Positions 20,597 through 31,943 of a DNA stretch of 62,195 bases are shown here, in pieces. Numbering within the stretch: position 1 is the first letter of the stretch; each line of letters begins with the position of its first letter. The notes under the pieces were generated by a model. That model made no database searches, was not told the DNA's origin, and was given only the letters and a program-made list of their open reading frames with translations. Origin of the DNA: Candidatus Melainabacteria bacterium GWF2_37_15 (GTDB lineage: Bacteria > Cyanobacteriota > Vampirovibrionia > Gastranaerophilales > UBA9971); NCBI GenBank assembly GCA_001784565.1, contig MFRL01000086.1, forward strand, positions 1 to 62,195, written 5' to 3'. The position numbers and the translations under genes are program-made.

Positions 20597-21518
20597 TCAG
20601 AAAAATCCTAATATACATTATTTTCAACTTAGCATATACCTTCTTAATATTCCAACCTGTTTCTATTTTAACGATTGGCTGTATAGATGAGTCTATCTGT
20701 TTTAAATTTTTGCTGATCTCAACCAGTTGTGTAAGATATGGAATATATAACCTGTTTATTACTTCACGGGACAATCTATAACAAACACCTATAGGGCGCA
20801 ATTCCTTCTTCTGGTTGAATTTAACATCATGGAAGTGATAAAAAACCAGCTTAAAATCATTATCAAACAGCTCATATTGCTGGACGTTCCAGGGAGCAAC
20901 TCCTCCTCCTAAGTGTTTCAAAACATGAACGCCTTCAAACCTTTGCGTCCAGTCATCAAGATATTTCTGATCACCAAATCTTCCATTTTCACGTTTTGCA
21001 AAACACCAGTCAATGCAGGCATTCACCCACCATTTTAATGCCTTTACGCCATTATAATCATTTTTAAAGGTAATGAACTGGACGCAATACTTTCCGCTGG
21101 ATTGAGTTCTGTCATATTTTGAAGTGTACCTGTGTTCAGTCAAAAGAACAGAGGCGTCGCCCATTTCCTCGATTAAAACAGCGGGATCAGAGTAAAAATA
21201 AATGTCCGCGTCAAGGTATGTGCATTCCGGCAAATTATATTTTTCAATACAGTGAAGTATTGTGGAAGAACCGCATGTCCAGCAGTATTCTTGCCGGGTG
21301 CGGGTGGGTTTTATTCTTAGTAAATCCTCATTTTCGAACTCTTTTAACGAAATAATCGTTGTGTTTTCCAGCTTTAACTTATTTAAAACTTCAAAACATT
21401 TATCATCAAAGGCAAATATGAATAAGTGAAAGTCCTTACAGTGGGCTTTCAGGGACTCGTACATAGCAAGCCCGTAGTTTATGAAATTTGAGTCAAAAAG
21501 TGTACAAAAATTATGCAT
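20580..21518 (-). CDS. Putative nucleotide-diphospho-sugar glycosyltransferase
   Basis: MHNFCTLFDSNFINYGLAMYESL... and YLDADIYFYSDP (DxD-like) suggest this. I used the internal Met at 21518. Confidence 0.5.
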   Translation of the reverse strand: MHNFCTLFDSNFINYGLAMYESLKAHCKDFHLFIFAFDDKCFEVLNKLKLENTTIISLKEFENEDLLRIKPTRTRQEYCWTCGSSTILHCIEKYNLPECTYLDADIYFYSDPAVLIEEMGDASVLLTEHRYTSKYDRTQSSGKYCVQFITFKNDYNGVKALKWWVNACIDWCFAKRENGRFGDQKYLDDWTQRFEGVHVLKHLGGGVAPWNVQQYELFDNDFKLVFYHFHDVKFNQKKELRPIGVCYRLSREVINRLYIPYLTQLVEISKNLKQIDSSIQPIVKIETGWNIKKVYAKLKIMYIRIFLNGLPD

Positions 21519-22467
21519 TTTTACGTTTTCGCCAATTTTTAATGAATGAGTAAATTTTATATGGAAGTTCCATTTTTTTATTTGCCTTAATGATTTTTTC
21601 TGCGCAGTAATGTTCGATTTCCCTGAATATAACGTCATTATACCGCTCATAAGCCTTCAGGGACAGCTCAATTACATAACCGTACTGTTTTTCCAGGAGT
21701 CCGAACACGCAGCCAAGCAAAAAATCGCGTTTTGTGAATTCATTATCTTTTTCAAAAGAGTTTAAAAACATTACATTTGCCCAGCCAGGAGATTTTTTTA
21801 AGCTTGTCCTGTAGAGTTTATTTATGGACAGTTTTTCCAGGTATTCCCTGTTAATCCGCTGCGCCCCGCAAATTTTGAGGTTACTTACCCAGAAAGGTTT
21901 TTTATCCATAAAAGTAAGTAAATTATACAGTTTATCTTCGCCTTTATAAGCATCAATAATTCCGGGTTCGAATTCTGCAGCCAGCACTTTTTCAATGACA
22001 TTATCCCCAAGACTTTTGAATAAGCGCAGATCTGTGCCTTGCGAGTCAGTTTTAAACCAGTCGATTTGATTTATTTGTAAATTTTCCAGAACGGAAGGCA
22101 GGTTTACTGCTGGAATTTTTACTGTTTCTTTTATTTTAAAAAGGTCGAAGAAAGCCCATTTTTGCAGTTTTTCATTATCTGGCGGCAACAAACTTGAACA
22201 AAATGGGGATTCTGTAAGGTAAAAAATTGCCTCCTGTTCATTAGAGTCTGTCAAAATTTTATTGAACACGTATAGTTTTTTAAAATTTTTATTTTCCTTT
22301 TCAGTAGGTTCCAATTCCCTTTTATCCGCATCAAAAGCAATACAAATTGAATATTTTGCTATTTTCACCCATTTTTTATGTATAAACCCTGATGCGCCGA
22401 TATCAAGTAGAATGGGAGGATTATTTATAAGATATTCATTATTCAAAATTTTATCTATAAGGTTCAT
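21511..22467 (-). CDS. FkbM-like methyltransferase (tentative)
   Basis: The LLDIGASG SAM motif and FKTDSQGTDLRLF resemble the FkbM family pattern iDvEG.E..vl. Confidence 0.5.
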   Translation of the reverse strand: MNLIDKILNNEYLINNPPILLDIGASGFIHKKWVKIAKYSICIAFDADKRELEPTEKENKNFKKLYVFNKILTDSNEQEAIFYLTESPFCSSLLPPDNEKLQKWAFFDLFKIKETVKIPAVNLPSVLENLQINQIDWFKTDSQGTDLRLFKSLGDNVIEKVLAAEFEPGIIDAYKGEDKLYNLLTFMDKKPFWVSNLKICGAQRINREYLEKLSINKLYRTSLKKSPGWANVMFLNSFEKDNEFTKRDFLLGCVFGLLEKQYGYVIELSLKAYERYNDVIFREIEHYCAEKIIKANKKMELPYKIYSFIKNWRKRKNA

Positions 22468-22471
22468 TTAC

Positions 22472-23074
22472 TTAATCCAAATTTCTTATAACTTTAGCAG
22501 GAACTCCTCCTGCAATTACATTATCGGGTATAGATTTTACTACAACAGACCCAGTACCAATTACACTATTCTTTCCTATTTTTACCCCTTTTAATATTTT
22601 TACATTAGAGCCAATAAAAACATTCTTATCTATGATTACTTTAGCTGTTTTAGGGGAGCCGGTTATTCTTGCTTGTGGCATAAGATTATGAAAATCACTG
22701 TCATATATTTCTACATTTGTACCGATTAACGTATTTTCTCCAATAAATATTCCTTCTCCCTCACTGATGAAGCAGCATTTATTATTTATCTGGACATTAT
22801 TGTCTATTTTAATAAAAGAATTTTTATTTCTGGCTTCCACATACGTATAGCTATCATAAAAATATGGTGAATTTTTAACTCCAATAATTACCTTTTGTCC
22901 CATAATTATTTTGCCGAATCCCGCAAAAAGAGCAGGTTGTCGTAAGACAGGTTTGCCTTCAAAAAAAGATATATTTGATAAAAGTCTGTATTTCAAAATT
23001 CTCGGTTTTTGAAAAAGCAAATTAATTAAAAAGTCTTTAATGTATTTTAAAATAATCTTACTCTTATTTTTCAT
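22472..23074 (-). CDS. Left-handed beta-helix (hexapeptide) acetyltransferase
   Basis: Hexapeptide repeats include [47 protein letters not shown] and [11 protein letters not shown]. Confidence 0.75.
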   Translation of the reverse strand: MKNKSKIILKYIKDFLINLLFQKPRILKYRLLSNISFFEGKPVLRQPALFAGFGKIIMGQKVIIGVKNSPYFYDSYTYVEARNKNSFIKIDNNVQINNKCCFISEGEGIFIGENTLIGTNVEIYDSDFHNLMPQARITGSPKTAKVIIDKNVFIGSNVKILKGVKIGKNSVIGTGSVVVKSIPDNVIAGGVPAKVIRNLD

Positions 23075-24542
23075 CTGAAATTTCTCTTATAATCCTGGCG
23101 GGATTTCCTGCTACCATTGTATATGGAGGCACATCCTTAGTAACTACGGTACCTGCCGCTACAATTGCGCCTTTTCCTATTGTAACCCCCCTTAAAATAA
23201 TAGACATACAGCAAATCCACGCATCATCTTCAATAATCACAGGCTTTTCTGACAGATTATTCATTTTTTTAGGAAATCCTTTAGTAATTATCGCTTTATG
23301 ATGTAAATGCCTTTCATAGGGATCTACGGGATGTGTTAAATTGTCGAAAATATTGACATTATGGGAAATAAGAACTCTGTTTCCAATTTTTATACTTTTG
23401 GCAGACCAGATTTTAGAATTTTCTCCTACATAAGAATAATCTCCAATGGATATTTTACCGCCATGGCCATATACAAATAAATGTCCCAGTATATGAGAAT
23501 AGGCGCCGATTTTTATGGCTTCTTTATTATCCTGGGCATTGGATATACAGGATGAATTCAAAATAAAGGATGACTTTTCACATATACATCTTTTTTTTAG
23601 GCATATTTTTTCCCATAATCCTGGAAATAAAGATTTAATAATTAATTTTACAGGTCTTGAACGCTCTTTCATAATTAGCGATAAACGCCTTTTTCTTATT
23701 GATCTATAATATTTTTCCATTTGTTTTACTGCATATTTGCTTTCTTCAATTGGAATTTTATTATTGATTACAACAGGTGAGCCATATAACTGTACGTCAT
23801 AAACGTCTGTGCATCCACAGTGAGTGGCTTCCTCATTAAAACCAACATTCCTGACAAGGGATTTTCCTGGCCATAAGGTTAACTTATCATTTATAAATAT
23901 ACTGGCATGCCACCTCACAGCCCAAGAATCATTTTTGCCTGCGATCTGATCTTCCAGCATTTTAGTAAAGGAAATAGAACCGTTCATATTAAAATCCTTA
24001 GTTAATTTCCTTTTCTTAATTTCTTTAAGCAGTTTTTTTCCATCAGGCTCAAATAAATCCCATCCTCTTTTCCACGTTGCCCAGCCCCAGGCACATCCAC
24101 CTCTTAAAAAAAATGTTTCCGGCAGCTCTTTTTCAATAGGGTAACAATATCCGATAATGCTTGTTATATTTTCTTCGTTTTCATAAATATTCAGGGCATC
24201 ATTCATGTATTTTAAAAAATACCTTGAAGTTACCATATCATCTTCCAGAACAATTACTTTACCGTATTTATTAACTATTTCAGTAATTCCGGTGATAATT
24301 GATTCTGAAAGACCAAGGTTTTGCTCTCTTTCAATTATTTCAATGCTTTTAAACCCTTTTATAGTCTTAATATAATCTCTAACTTCTTTTACTTTTTCTT
24401 CTGAATCTTGATTTTTAGCAGCATCAGAGTGTATTATAAGCCTGCTTTCCTGCGCAAGTTCATTATTCTGTAGCGCTTTTATAGTCTGTTGGACAAGCAT
24501 CAGTCTGTTATAAACAAATAAAACTATAGGCGATAGTTGCAT
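23064..24542 (-). CDS. Fusion protein: N-terminal glycosyltransferase-like domain plus C-terminal hexapeptide acetyltransferase
   Basis: The N-terminus reads IVLFVYNR...[10 protein letters not shown]...VIVLEDDMV. The C-terminus reads [16 protein letters not shown]...[49 protein letters not shown]. Confidence 0.7.
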   Translation of the reverse strand: MQLSPIVLFVYNRLMLVQQTIKALQNNELAQESRLIIHSDAAKNQDSEEKVKEVRDYIKTIKGFKSIEIIEREQNLGLSESIITGITEIVNKYGKVIVLEDDMVTSRYFLKYMNDALNIYENEENITSIIGYCYPIEKELPETFFLRGGCAWGWATWKRGWDLFEPDGKKLLKEIKKRKLTKDFNMNGSISFTKMLEDQIAGKNDSWAVRWHASIFINDKLTLWPGKSLVRNVGFNEEATHCGCTDVYDVQLYGSPVVINNKIPIEESKYAVKQMEKYYRSIRKRRLSLIMKERSRPVKLIIKSLFPGLWEKICLKKRCICEKSSFILNSSCISNAQDNKEAIKIGAYSHILGHLFVYGHGGKISIGDYSYVGENSKIWSAKSIKIGNRVLISHNVNIFDNLTHPVDPYERHLHHKAIITKGFPKKMNNLSEKPVIIEDDAWICCMSIILRGVTIGKGAIVAAGTVVTKDVPPYTMVAGNPARIIREISDEK

Positions 24543-24546
24543 TAAT

Positions 24547-25188
24547 TTATTCCTTATCTTTATGAATAGGTTTTATAGCATCAATTATAATGGAAGTATA
24601 TTCTAAACAGTTTTGGTTTCTTGGATCAAAGCGTTTTGAACGTTTAATCATACCATCTACAGGATACCATTCTTTAAAGTGAAAATTTCCCTTTTCATCA
24701 AAGTATTCAAGTAAATCTACCTGAAATCCAGCTTCTTCAAAAATATTTGTAAATGTTTTATATGTGTACAATACTTTGTGATCATCTACTCCCGTCATAA
24801 CTCTTTGGATATACTGTTCATCAGGAAACAATCCGTCAGGGACTGCTAACCTGATATATCCACCTTCATTTAAATATTTGAAGCATAATTTAGCTGCAAG
24901 TTTCCCTTCCTCTAAAGTTAAATGTTCCCAAACGTGCTCAGCCAACAGGGCATCAATTAACCTCTTGGAAAAAAACTTATGCCAGTCTTTTTCTAAGATT
25001 ATGTTAAAAAAATATTTTTCAGCAGAAATCCAGTCTTTATAATGTTTTTCGGCAGCGCCAATAATAATTTTTAATTTTTCAGAATTATTAAATTTTCTTT
25101 TAAAAGTACTTTTATTTAATAATCTTTTTAAGTTTATTATAAATTTTTTATAAACGTTAAAGAGTACATTAAACAATTTTTTATACAA
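24547..25188 (-). CDS. Class I SAM-dependent methyltransferase
   Basis: The sequence [14 protein letters not shown]...[17 protein letters not shown] is Methyltransf_11-like. Confidence 0.7.
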   Translation of the reverse strand: MYKKLFNVLFNVYKKFIINLKRLLNKSTFKRKFNNSEKLKIIIGAAEKHYKDWISAEKYFFNIILEKDWHKFFSKRLIDALLAEHVWEHLTLEEGKLAAKLCFKYLNEGGYIRLAVPDGLFPDEQYIQRVMTGVDDHKVLYTYKTFTNIFEEAGFQVDLLEYFDEKGNFHFKEWYPVDGMIKRSKRFDPRNQNCLEYTSIIIDAIKPIHKDKE

Positions 25189-26084
25189 AAAGGATCTCCT
25201 TTATTTGATAAGAGTTTTTCGCGTAGTTCCTTGTATTTTTCATTTTCCCATATTGATAAAACATCATCATTAAATATATTTCCAAAGATTATGTCTTCAT
25301 TACAGTCATAACAACATCTTACAACTGAGCCATCAAGTAAAATAGTCATCATATTTTTCACAGCCGTACACTTACTCATTGCTCTTTTAACATCTTTAAT
25401 ATTTAAATATTTTTTTCTGATGTATTTTTTAATATTTGAATTTTTCAATTCAGAATTTTCTCTTATATAAGGAGCTTTAAAATTAGGTTTTAGGCCTAAG
25501 TACTTGCATATTTTGCTAAATTCTTTCATCTGATGCTGGTTATGCTCAAATACAATAAACTGTGGGGTTATGTTAACTCTATTTCCGTTTTCGGTATTTA
25601 ACTTTTGCAATAGGGTAAGATTTTCAAGTACTTTATTAAGATCTCCTCCTCGTCTATATTTTTCATAAACCTCCTGAGAAGTAGCATCTACAGAAACAAT
25701 TATAGAATTGATCCCGGATAAAATTAATTTTTCTGCTAAATTATAATTTAAACTAATACAATTTGTGCTGATTACTGTCTTGGAAAATTTTGACGCATAT
25801 TGGATTATCTCTATTATATCGGGATTGAGCATAGGCTCGCCCCAAATAATAAGGCCAATATTTTCTGCATAAGGCCTGATTTTATCCGCAATTATTTTAA
25901 ATTTTTCAATACTCATATATCCTTTTTTACGTTTAATTAATCCCGAGCCAGTAGCACATTCGGGACATTTTAATTCACAAACAAGTGATGTCTCAATATA
26001 AAAAATTTTTGGAGAATACTTTTTCAAAATATTAAGATTTATAAAATAACTGAGCTTTTTTAAAATATTTTTCAATTTCCTCAT
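25137..26084 (-). CDS. Radical SAM protein with Cys-rich (SPASM-like) C-terminus
   Basis: It has CELKCPEC (CX3CX2C) near the N-terminus and CTAV...VRCCYDCNED near the C-terminus. The start is set at the Met at 26084. Confidence 0.8.
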   Translation of the reverse strand: MRKLKNILKKLSYFINLNILKKYSPKIFYIETSLVCELKCPECATGSGLIKRKKGYMSIEKFKIIADKIRPYAENIGLIIWGEPMLNPDIIEIIQYASKFSKTVISTNCISLNYNLAEKLILSGINSIIVSVDATSQEVYEKYRRGGDLNKVLENLTLLQKLNTENGNRVNITPQFIVFEHNQHQMKEFSKICKYLGLKPNFKAPYIRENSELKNSNIKKYIRKKYLNIKDVKRAMSKCTAVKNMMTILLDGSVVRCCYDCNEDIIFGNIFNDDVLSIWENEKYKELREKLLSNKGDPFCIKNCLMYSLTFIKNL

Positions 26085-26097
26085 TTTTAATACCTTT

Positions 26098-26790
26098 TTA
26101 AGAATCGTACCGGAAAAAAACAGTATTTTGTGTTTTAGCAAAAAATACATAATTTTTTTCAGTCAAATATTTATGTATATCAGAATTTAAAATTTTTGGA
26201 ATGTTGCTTCGTAGGATTTCAATCAATATGAATTCCGGTTTGTATTTTTCCCAGTTATTTGAGGTTAAAACCTCATAATCCAGACCTTCTACATCAATTG
26301 ACATAAAATCAATGTTTTTATTTAAAGGCAAATATTTATCCAGTATTTCAGCTAAAGGATAAGTTTGTATTTCCTTTTCTGCTATAACTTTATACACATT
26401 TTTACTATTCTGATAAGAATCATCATTGGAAAATCTTTTTTGGTTTAGAGCTTCAGAAAATCCATTTAAAGCAGGCTCATTGAACATAAAATAGTTTAAT
26501 TTTTCTGTTTTATTAGAAATTCCTACTTCCAAATTAATATCTTCTGGTCTTAGTTTATTAAATAGCTTCATGCTTCCAGGCATTGCATCTATATTTATGC
26601 CTCTCCACCCTTTCTTATAAAAATAATATGTATTGGAAAACCTCATAGGATGATACGCGCCAACATCAATATAAAATCCCTTATAGCCCCTGGGTTTTTG
26701 TTTGAATATACAACTTAATAGTATATCTTCTCCCTCAAAAGAGAATGATTGTTTAGATTCTTTATTTTCCAAATAATATTTGAAGATCAT
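26098..26790 (-). CDS. FkbM family methyltransferase
   Basis: Family motifs FYIDVGAYHP and FMSIDVEGLDYEVL are present. Confidence 0.75.
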   Translation of the reverse strand: MIFKYYLENKESKQSFSFEGEDILLSCIFKQKPRGYKGFYIDVGAYHPMRFSNTYYFYKKGWRGINIDAMPGSMKLFNKLRPEDINLEVGISNKTEKLNYFMFNEPALNGFSEALNQKRFSNDDSYQNSKNVYKVIAEKEIQTYPLAEILDKYLPLNKNIDFMSIDVEGLDYEVLTSNNWEKYKPEFILIEILRSNIPKILNSDIHKYLTEKNYVFFAKTQNTVFFRYDS

Positions 26791-26792
26791 TT

Positions 26793-27719
26793 TTAATAAT
26801 ACCCGTATTGTTTAAGATCAATGCCAATAAGTTCTTCAAGCTTTTGATTGGATTCTTTATGTAAATCCATTATTTCCCTTTTTATTTTCTCGTTTATTAT
26901 TTCCCAATTCAAGCAAATACAATTATCAAGGCTTTTTAAAAACTTATTAAATATAATTCTTAATTTCCTTTGCAAAAAGAAATTTGTATAATAACTAATA
27001 AAAAGTGATGTGTTTGATAATCCTTTATTTACAATAACATTATCTGCTGGATAAAAAGGCTGAATATCAGCAAATTTATAAAATCTAGTTAAAAATTCAT
27101 TTTGATTTTTTTTGAACATTTCATAGGGTAGAACCAGAACTCGATCTTTGCCAAAAAGTTTTACATAATTATCAACAAAATTTGCCCAGTTAAATGCTTT
27201 AACATCTATAACATTGTGGTCTATACCGAAATATAAATCCTTAAATTCTCCTTTGTAATAGTTTAAAAATTTATTTACTGATATGGATTTTCCTCTGGAA
27301 ATCAAATGTCGATATGCTGATTCAAGCCAGGTATCCTGCTTTCTTACTACTAAAAATATTTTGGCGTTAGGGAAAATTTTCTTTAATGCATCAGATAAAA
27401 AAATATTATCTCTGTAACTCTGGTTCATATACCCGAATAGTCCCTCGCAGGAATATATTATTTTGTTTTCGGGTATTGTTTGAATAAAATTCTCTATTCT
27501 TTGTTTTTCTTGATCAAAGTCAATGGATAAAGGATTTTCAAGCATTAGCTTTTTAGGTAGATCCATTTCTAATGGATCATCGTCTATAAGGTTCTTATTT
27601 TTTATGTGCCACCCCGTATAGTAAATATCAGATAACCGATTAAAAATTTTTTCTTGTAAAAATGTTGAAGCTGTTTTGTGAGCGCCAACATGAATTATTA
27701 TTTCTTTTTTTCCTGCCAT
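26793..27719 (-). CDS. Sulfotransferase-like protein (tentative)
   Basis: The N-terminal IIIHVGAHKTASTFLQ looks like a P-loop-like PAPS 5'-phosphosulfate binding loop. Confidence 0.5.
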   Translation of the reverse strand: MAGKKEIIIHVGAHKTASTFLQEKIFNRLSDIYYTGWHIKNKNLIDDDPLEMDLPKKLMLENPLSIDFDQEKQRIENFIQTIPENKIIYSCEGLFGYMNQSYRDNIFLSDALKKIFPNAKIFLVVRKQDTWLESAYRHLISRGKSISVNKFLNYYKGEFKDLYFGIDHNVIDVKAFNWANFVDNYVKLFGKDRVLVLPYEMFKKNQNEFLTRFYKFADIQPFYPADNVIVNKGLSNTSLFISYYTNFFLQRKLRIIFNKFLKSLDNCICLNWEIINEKIKREIMDLHKESNQKLEELIGIDLKQYGYY

Positions 27720-29095
27720 TATAACGACCCTGCTTCTATATTATAATTATCCCTGAATTCCCTATATTTGTAATAGATATATCCATTTACAATTGAAATA
27801 TTAACTAAAAACATAAGATAGTATGAGATTACAACGCCCCATATTTTAAATAAAGGAATTAAAATAATTACTGAACCCGTAAAAATAACAAGCCTCAAAC
27901 AAGTTCTAAGCGGGGAATACTTTGAAAATCCCAAATTAAAGGAAAGGGCGTTGGATGGATGGGATAATATTAATAAACAGTGGAAAAAACATAGGGCAAT
28001 CCCAATTAGTACAGATTCCTTAAATTTTATACCAAATAAGAAGGGAATTAACTGAGGCACAATTAAACTATATGCAAATAAAGGTATTAGAACTATAAAT
28101 AAAATATTATGGGTTCTCCAAAATAGCTTAATACTTTGTTGAATTGAGTTTAAAGAAGAAAACCTTGAGTTTATAACCATAAAAGTTGCATTATAAACAA
28201 GTCCAATCGGTAAAAGTACTTTTTGCGCAACATTATAAATACCAATATAATAAGGACTTAACAAGGCACCTAAAAGCCAAATATCAATTTTAGTTATGAT
28301 ACTGTTTAAAATGCCTTCAAAAATTCTGGAAAGGGCGAAATCGTTAATTTTATCATTAAATAAAATTCCAGCTTCTGCATATTTATCAGGTAAAAGTAAT
28401 ACTTTTCTAAAACCGTTTTTTGCTAGTTGTATAAATTCACTGAATTCAAACAAACTTGATCTCGGCACCAGGAAAATAGAGATAATGACAAATAAAACTG
28501 AAGATAAAATATTAGAAATTATTATAAATTTTAAAGAAAAAATTTGTAAAACAGCAACTATAATTATTCCCAGAATATACAAAAAATTTTTGCCCAGACG
28601 AAATAATCCTGATACAAAAAACTTTTTTTGAGCTTGATAATAAAGTTCAGGTATTACAGCAATAGAACTAAATATTCCGTAGAAAATGCTTAATCTTGCT
28701 AATTCAGTTAAATAATCAATTTTCCAAAAGTTTTTCATAATTATAGGAATAAAGAAATAAAATATTAGAGAAACCGTAAGAGTAATAATGAAAATTATTC
28801 TTATAGCCCATCTAAAAATAGCGTTTAATCCTTCAATATCTTTCTTTGCGTATGTATTAGTTCCAAATCTTACAGCAGTTTGACCAATTCCCTGTTGCGA
28901 AAAATTAGAAACCAGTCCTGTTAAACTAATAATTAATGCATACTTGCCGAGATCTTCTACACCAAGCCCTCTGGCTATAATAACAGAGCTCAATATACCT
29001 GATATGATTTCCCACATATTTGCTGATAAAGAGCTTAAAGTATCTTTAATAGCTTTATTAGAATTTTTTAGCTGTTGAATTTTTTTGTAAAGCAT
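27719..29095 (-). CDS. wzx: Wzx-type polysaccharide flippase (MOP superfamily)
   Basis: The call rests on roughly 12-14 TM helices, a size of 458 aa, and the genomic context. Confidence 0.7.
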   Translation of the reverse strand: MLYKKIQQLKNSNKAIKDTLSSLSANMWEIISGILSSVIIARGLGVEDLGKYALIISLTGLVSNFSQQGIGQTAVRFGTNTYAKKDIEGLNAIFRWAIRIIFIITLTVSLIFYFFIPIIMKNFWKIDYLTELARLSIFYGIFSSIAVIPELYYQAQKKFFVSGLFRLGKNFLYILGIIIVAVLQIFSLKFIIISNILSSVLFVIISIFLVPRSSLFEFSEFIQLAKNGFRKVLLLPDKYAEAGILFNDKINDFALSRIFEGILNSIITKIDIWLLGALLSPYYIGIYNVAQKVLLPIGLVYNATFMVINSRFSSLNSIQQSIKLFWRTHNILFIVLIPLFAYSLIVPQLIPFLFGIKFKESVLIGIALCFFHCLLILSHPSNALSFNLGFSKYSPLRTCLRLVIFTGSVIILIPLFKIWGVVISYYLMFLVNISIVNGYIYYKYREFRDNYNIEAGSL

Positions 29096-29117
29096 ACTTA
29101 GATGATAATATTAAAAT

Positions 29118-30209
29118 ATGCTAAATTTCTCAGATTTAAAAAAACTTAACGTTAAATACCAGTCAGAAATAAATGAAGCAATAAAAAAAGTGGCTGAATC
29201 AGGCTGGTACATATTAGGCAGGGAAGTCGAAGCTTTTGAGGAAGAATTCGCTGAATACTGCGGGGTTAAGCATTGCATTGGGGTAGGGAATGGACTGGAA
29301 GCTTTATCCCTCATAATAAAAGGCTATGAATTTAAGGAAAGTGATGAGGTAATTGTCCCGGCAAATACATATATTGCCTCGATCCTCGCTGTTTCAACAA
29401 GCGGCCTTACGCCTGTATTTGTAGAGCCGGATATAAACACTTATAACATTGACCCTGAAAAAATTGAGGAAAAAATTACTGAAAAAACCAAAATAATTAT
29501 GGCAGTTCATCTTTACGGCCAGGCTGCTAAAATGGACAAAATAAACGAAATAGCTAAAAAGCATAATTTAAAAGTTATTGAAGATACAGCACAGGCACAT
29601 GGGGCTGTTTTTGAAGGGAAACGAGCCGGTAATCTTTCTGATGCGGCGGGGTTTAGTTTTTATCCTACGAAAAACCTTGGGGCATTGGGTGATGGTGGGG
29701 CAATAACCACCAATGATGATGAATTAGCCCGGAAAGTCCGAATTTTAAGGAATTATGGCTCTAAAATCAAGTACGTTAATCTTCTTAAAGGCACAAATTC
29801 AAGATTGGACGAGGTTCAAGCCGCAATTCTCAGAGTAAAACTCAAATACCTTGACGAGGATAACCAAAGAAGAAGGAAAATTGCCAGGTATTATCTGGAA
29901 AATATAACAAATGAAAAAATTATCCTTCCTCAAATAAAGGATGAAAGCCCTCATGTCTGGCATTTATTTGTAATTAGAACCGAGAAAAGAGATGAACTTC
30001 AGGAATATTTGAAAAATAATGGCATTCAAACGCTTGTGCATTATCCAATCCCGCCACATAAGCAGGAAGCATACAAAGAATACAACCATTTAACACTACC
30101 AATAACGGAGAAAATCCACAGGGAAGTTCTAAGTATTCCTATAAGTCCGGTAATGGAGGACTGGCAAGTCAAAAAAGTAGTGGAAATCATTAACAGTTAT
30201 GACAGATAA
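29118..30209 (+). CDS. DegT/DnrJ/EryC1 aminotransferase (FdtB/WecE-like sugar 3- or 4-aminotransferase)
   Basis: Motifs are [25 protein letters not shown], and [17 protein letters not shown]. Confidence 0.88.
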   Translation: MLNFSDLKKLNVKYQSEINEAIKKVAESGWYILGREVEAFEEEFAEYCGVKHCIGVGNGLEALSLIIKGYEFKESDEVIVPANTYIASILAVSTSGLTPVFVEPDINTYNIDPEKIEEKITEKTKIIMAVHLYGQAAKMDKINEIAKKHNLKVIEDTAQAHGAVFEGKRAGNLSDAAGFSFYPTKNLGALGDGGAITTNDDELARKVRILRNYGSKIKYVNLLKGTNSRLDEVQAAILRVKLKYLDEDNQRRRKIARYYLENITNEKIILPQIKDESPHVWHLFVIRTEKRDELQEYLKNNGIQTLVHYPIPPHKQEAYKEYNHLTLPITEKIHREVLSIPISPVMEDWQVKKVVEIINSYDR

Positions 30210-31020
30210 GCCGCTAATAACCGTTGTCACAGTAACATATAACGCAGAAAAGTGTCTTGAAGATACCATAAAAAGCGTTATTAGCCAGACTTACCCGAAT
30301 ATTGAATATATTATAATTGATGGCAGCTCTACAGACAAAACTGTTGCTATTATTAAAAAATATCAGGATAAAGTTTCTCACTGGATTAGCGAACCTGATA
30401 AAGGGATATTTTATGCAATGAATAAGGGTATAGACCTGGCTAATGGGGAATGGATTAGTTTTATGAACGCCGGGGATTGCTTTTATGATAATGAAGTAAT
30501 CAGTAAAGTATTTAAGGATAACCCAACGGAGGATTTTATTTATGGGAATACAAAAGTAGTATATCAAATAGGCAAATATAAGCTTAATAAGTTCATTTCC
30601 CCGCCAGATTTGAAGGACTTATGGAAGCGCACAATCAACCACCAAAGTATATTTACAAAAACTAGCATAATGAAATCCAATAAATTTATACCAAATAGCC
30701 CTTCTCCAGACTCAGAGCTATTACTAAAGGCTTATTATAAAAACAATTGCACATTTAAAAAAGTTAATATAACAATTGCTCGGTACTTAGGCGGGGGGTT
30801 CTCATCGATAAATCCTTATGAAAAGCCATTGTTTATCAAGTATTTTAAACGCCGTTATAATCGCTGGAAATTAGTAAAAAGCTATTTAAACGAATTTAAA
30901 GTTGATGCCCATTATTCTTTTATAATCACCAGGGATTTATTGCAGATTTTAATTCTGAAATTCTTGCCTGATTATATAAGATATAAGCTATTTTATCTGA
31001 TAAACAGGGGTGTTAAATGA
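30199..31020 (+). CDS. Family 2 glycosyltransferase
   Basis: Motifs are [41 protein letters not shown] and the NAGD segment. Confidence 0.85.
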   Translation: MTDKPLITVVTVTYNAEKCLEDTIKSVISQTYPNIEYIIIDGSSTDKTVAIIKKYQDKVSHWISEPDKGIFYAMNKGIDLANGEWISFMNAGDCFYDNEVISKVFKDNPTEDFIYGNTKVVYQIGKYKLNKFISPPDLKDLWKRTINHQSIFTKTSIMKSNKFIPNSPSPDSELLLKAYYKNNCTFKKVNITIARYLGGGFSSINPYEKPLFIKYFKRRYNRWKLVKSYLNEFKVDAHYSFIITRDLLQILILKFLPDYIRYKLFYLINRGVK

Positions 31021-31943
31021 ATTTTGTGAATTTTGAAAAGCCCATAATCATAATGGGAGCAGCAAGATCAGGCACTCATATAGTCGCAGAATCCATCAAG
31101 GAAAACCTTGATGTGCTGTATCTTGGCGAGTGTTACGATATTTGGAAAAAGCACTTACCTTCCTCAAAATATGATGATATACCTGAAAAAGCCCTAACAC
31201 CAAATGTCATCGAGAAAATAAAAAAAGATTTTTATAAAATGGTTCACAACAGTAAAAATAAATACTGGATGGAAAAAACTGCTGCGAATTCCTTAAGGGT
31301 CAACCTTGTGGCGTCTGTTTTTCCTGAAGCAAAATTTGTACATATTATTAGAGATGGCAGGGATGTTGCCATATCGCTTGAAAAAAAATACAAAGGAGAT
31401 GTCCAAAAGATTTCCAGAGGCGGAAAATATAATAAAAAATCTCCTCTTGCGAATTATATATATCTCTTTAATCAGGTATTACCGCATAAAATAAAGCGGG
31501 GCCTGGATTTAGGTTATTTTTTGAAATATCCTGACAGGTATATGGATGTTTTACTCAGAACTATGGGAATTCCAAGAATGTGGGGGCCACGATTTATAGG
31601 ATATGAACACTATTTCAGGAATTATTCACTACTTGAAACCGGGGCTGTACAGTGGCGTAAGTCAGTTCTTTCCACTAAAAACTTTTTTAATTCCAGACGG
31701 GATTTAGATGTATGCGAAATAAAGTATGAAGATTTACTGGCTAATCCTGAACAAACTATTGCGTCAGTATTGGGCTTTATAGAAAATGATGGTCACAAAA
31801 CTGAAGAGATAAAGCATAATATTAACTCTGAATTAAGTAAAATAAACTGGAGATGTACTCTTTCCAAAGAAGAAACAGCCAAAATATCCGGGCACATTGA
31901 ATATATTTTGATGAGCTTAGGCTATCCGTCTTCACTTATTTAG
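31017..31943 (+). CDS. Sulfotransferase
   Basis: IIIMGAARSGTHIVA matches the 5'-PSB loop and HIIRDGRDVAIS matches the 3'-PB motif. An ATGA overlap couples it to the GT2 gene. Confidence 0.7.
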   Translation: MNFVNFEKPIIIMGAARSGTHIVAESIKENLDVLYLGECYDIWKKHLPSSKYDDIPEKALTPNVIEKIKKDFYKMVHNSKNKYWMEKTAANSLRVNLVASVFPEAKFVHIIRDGRDVAISLEKKYKGDVQKISRGGKYNKKSPLANYIYLFNQVLPHKIKRGLDLGYFLKYPDRYMDVLLRTMGIPRMWGPRFIGYEHYFRNYSLLETGAVQWRKSVLSTKNFFNSRRDLDVCEIKYEDLLANPEQTIASVLGFIENDGHKTEEIKHNINSELSKINWRCTLSKEETAKISGHIEYILMSLGYPSSLI

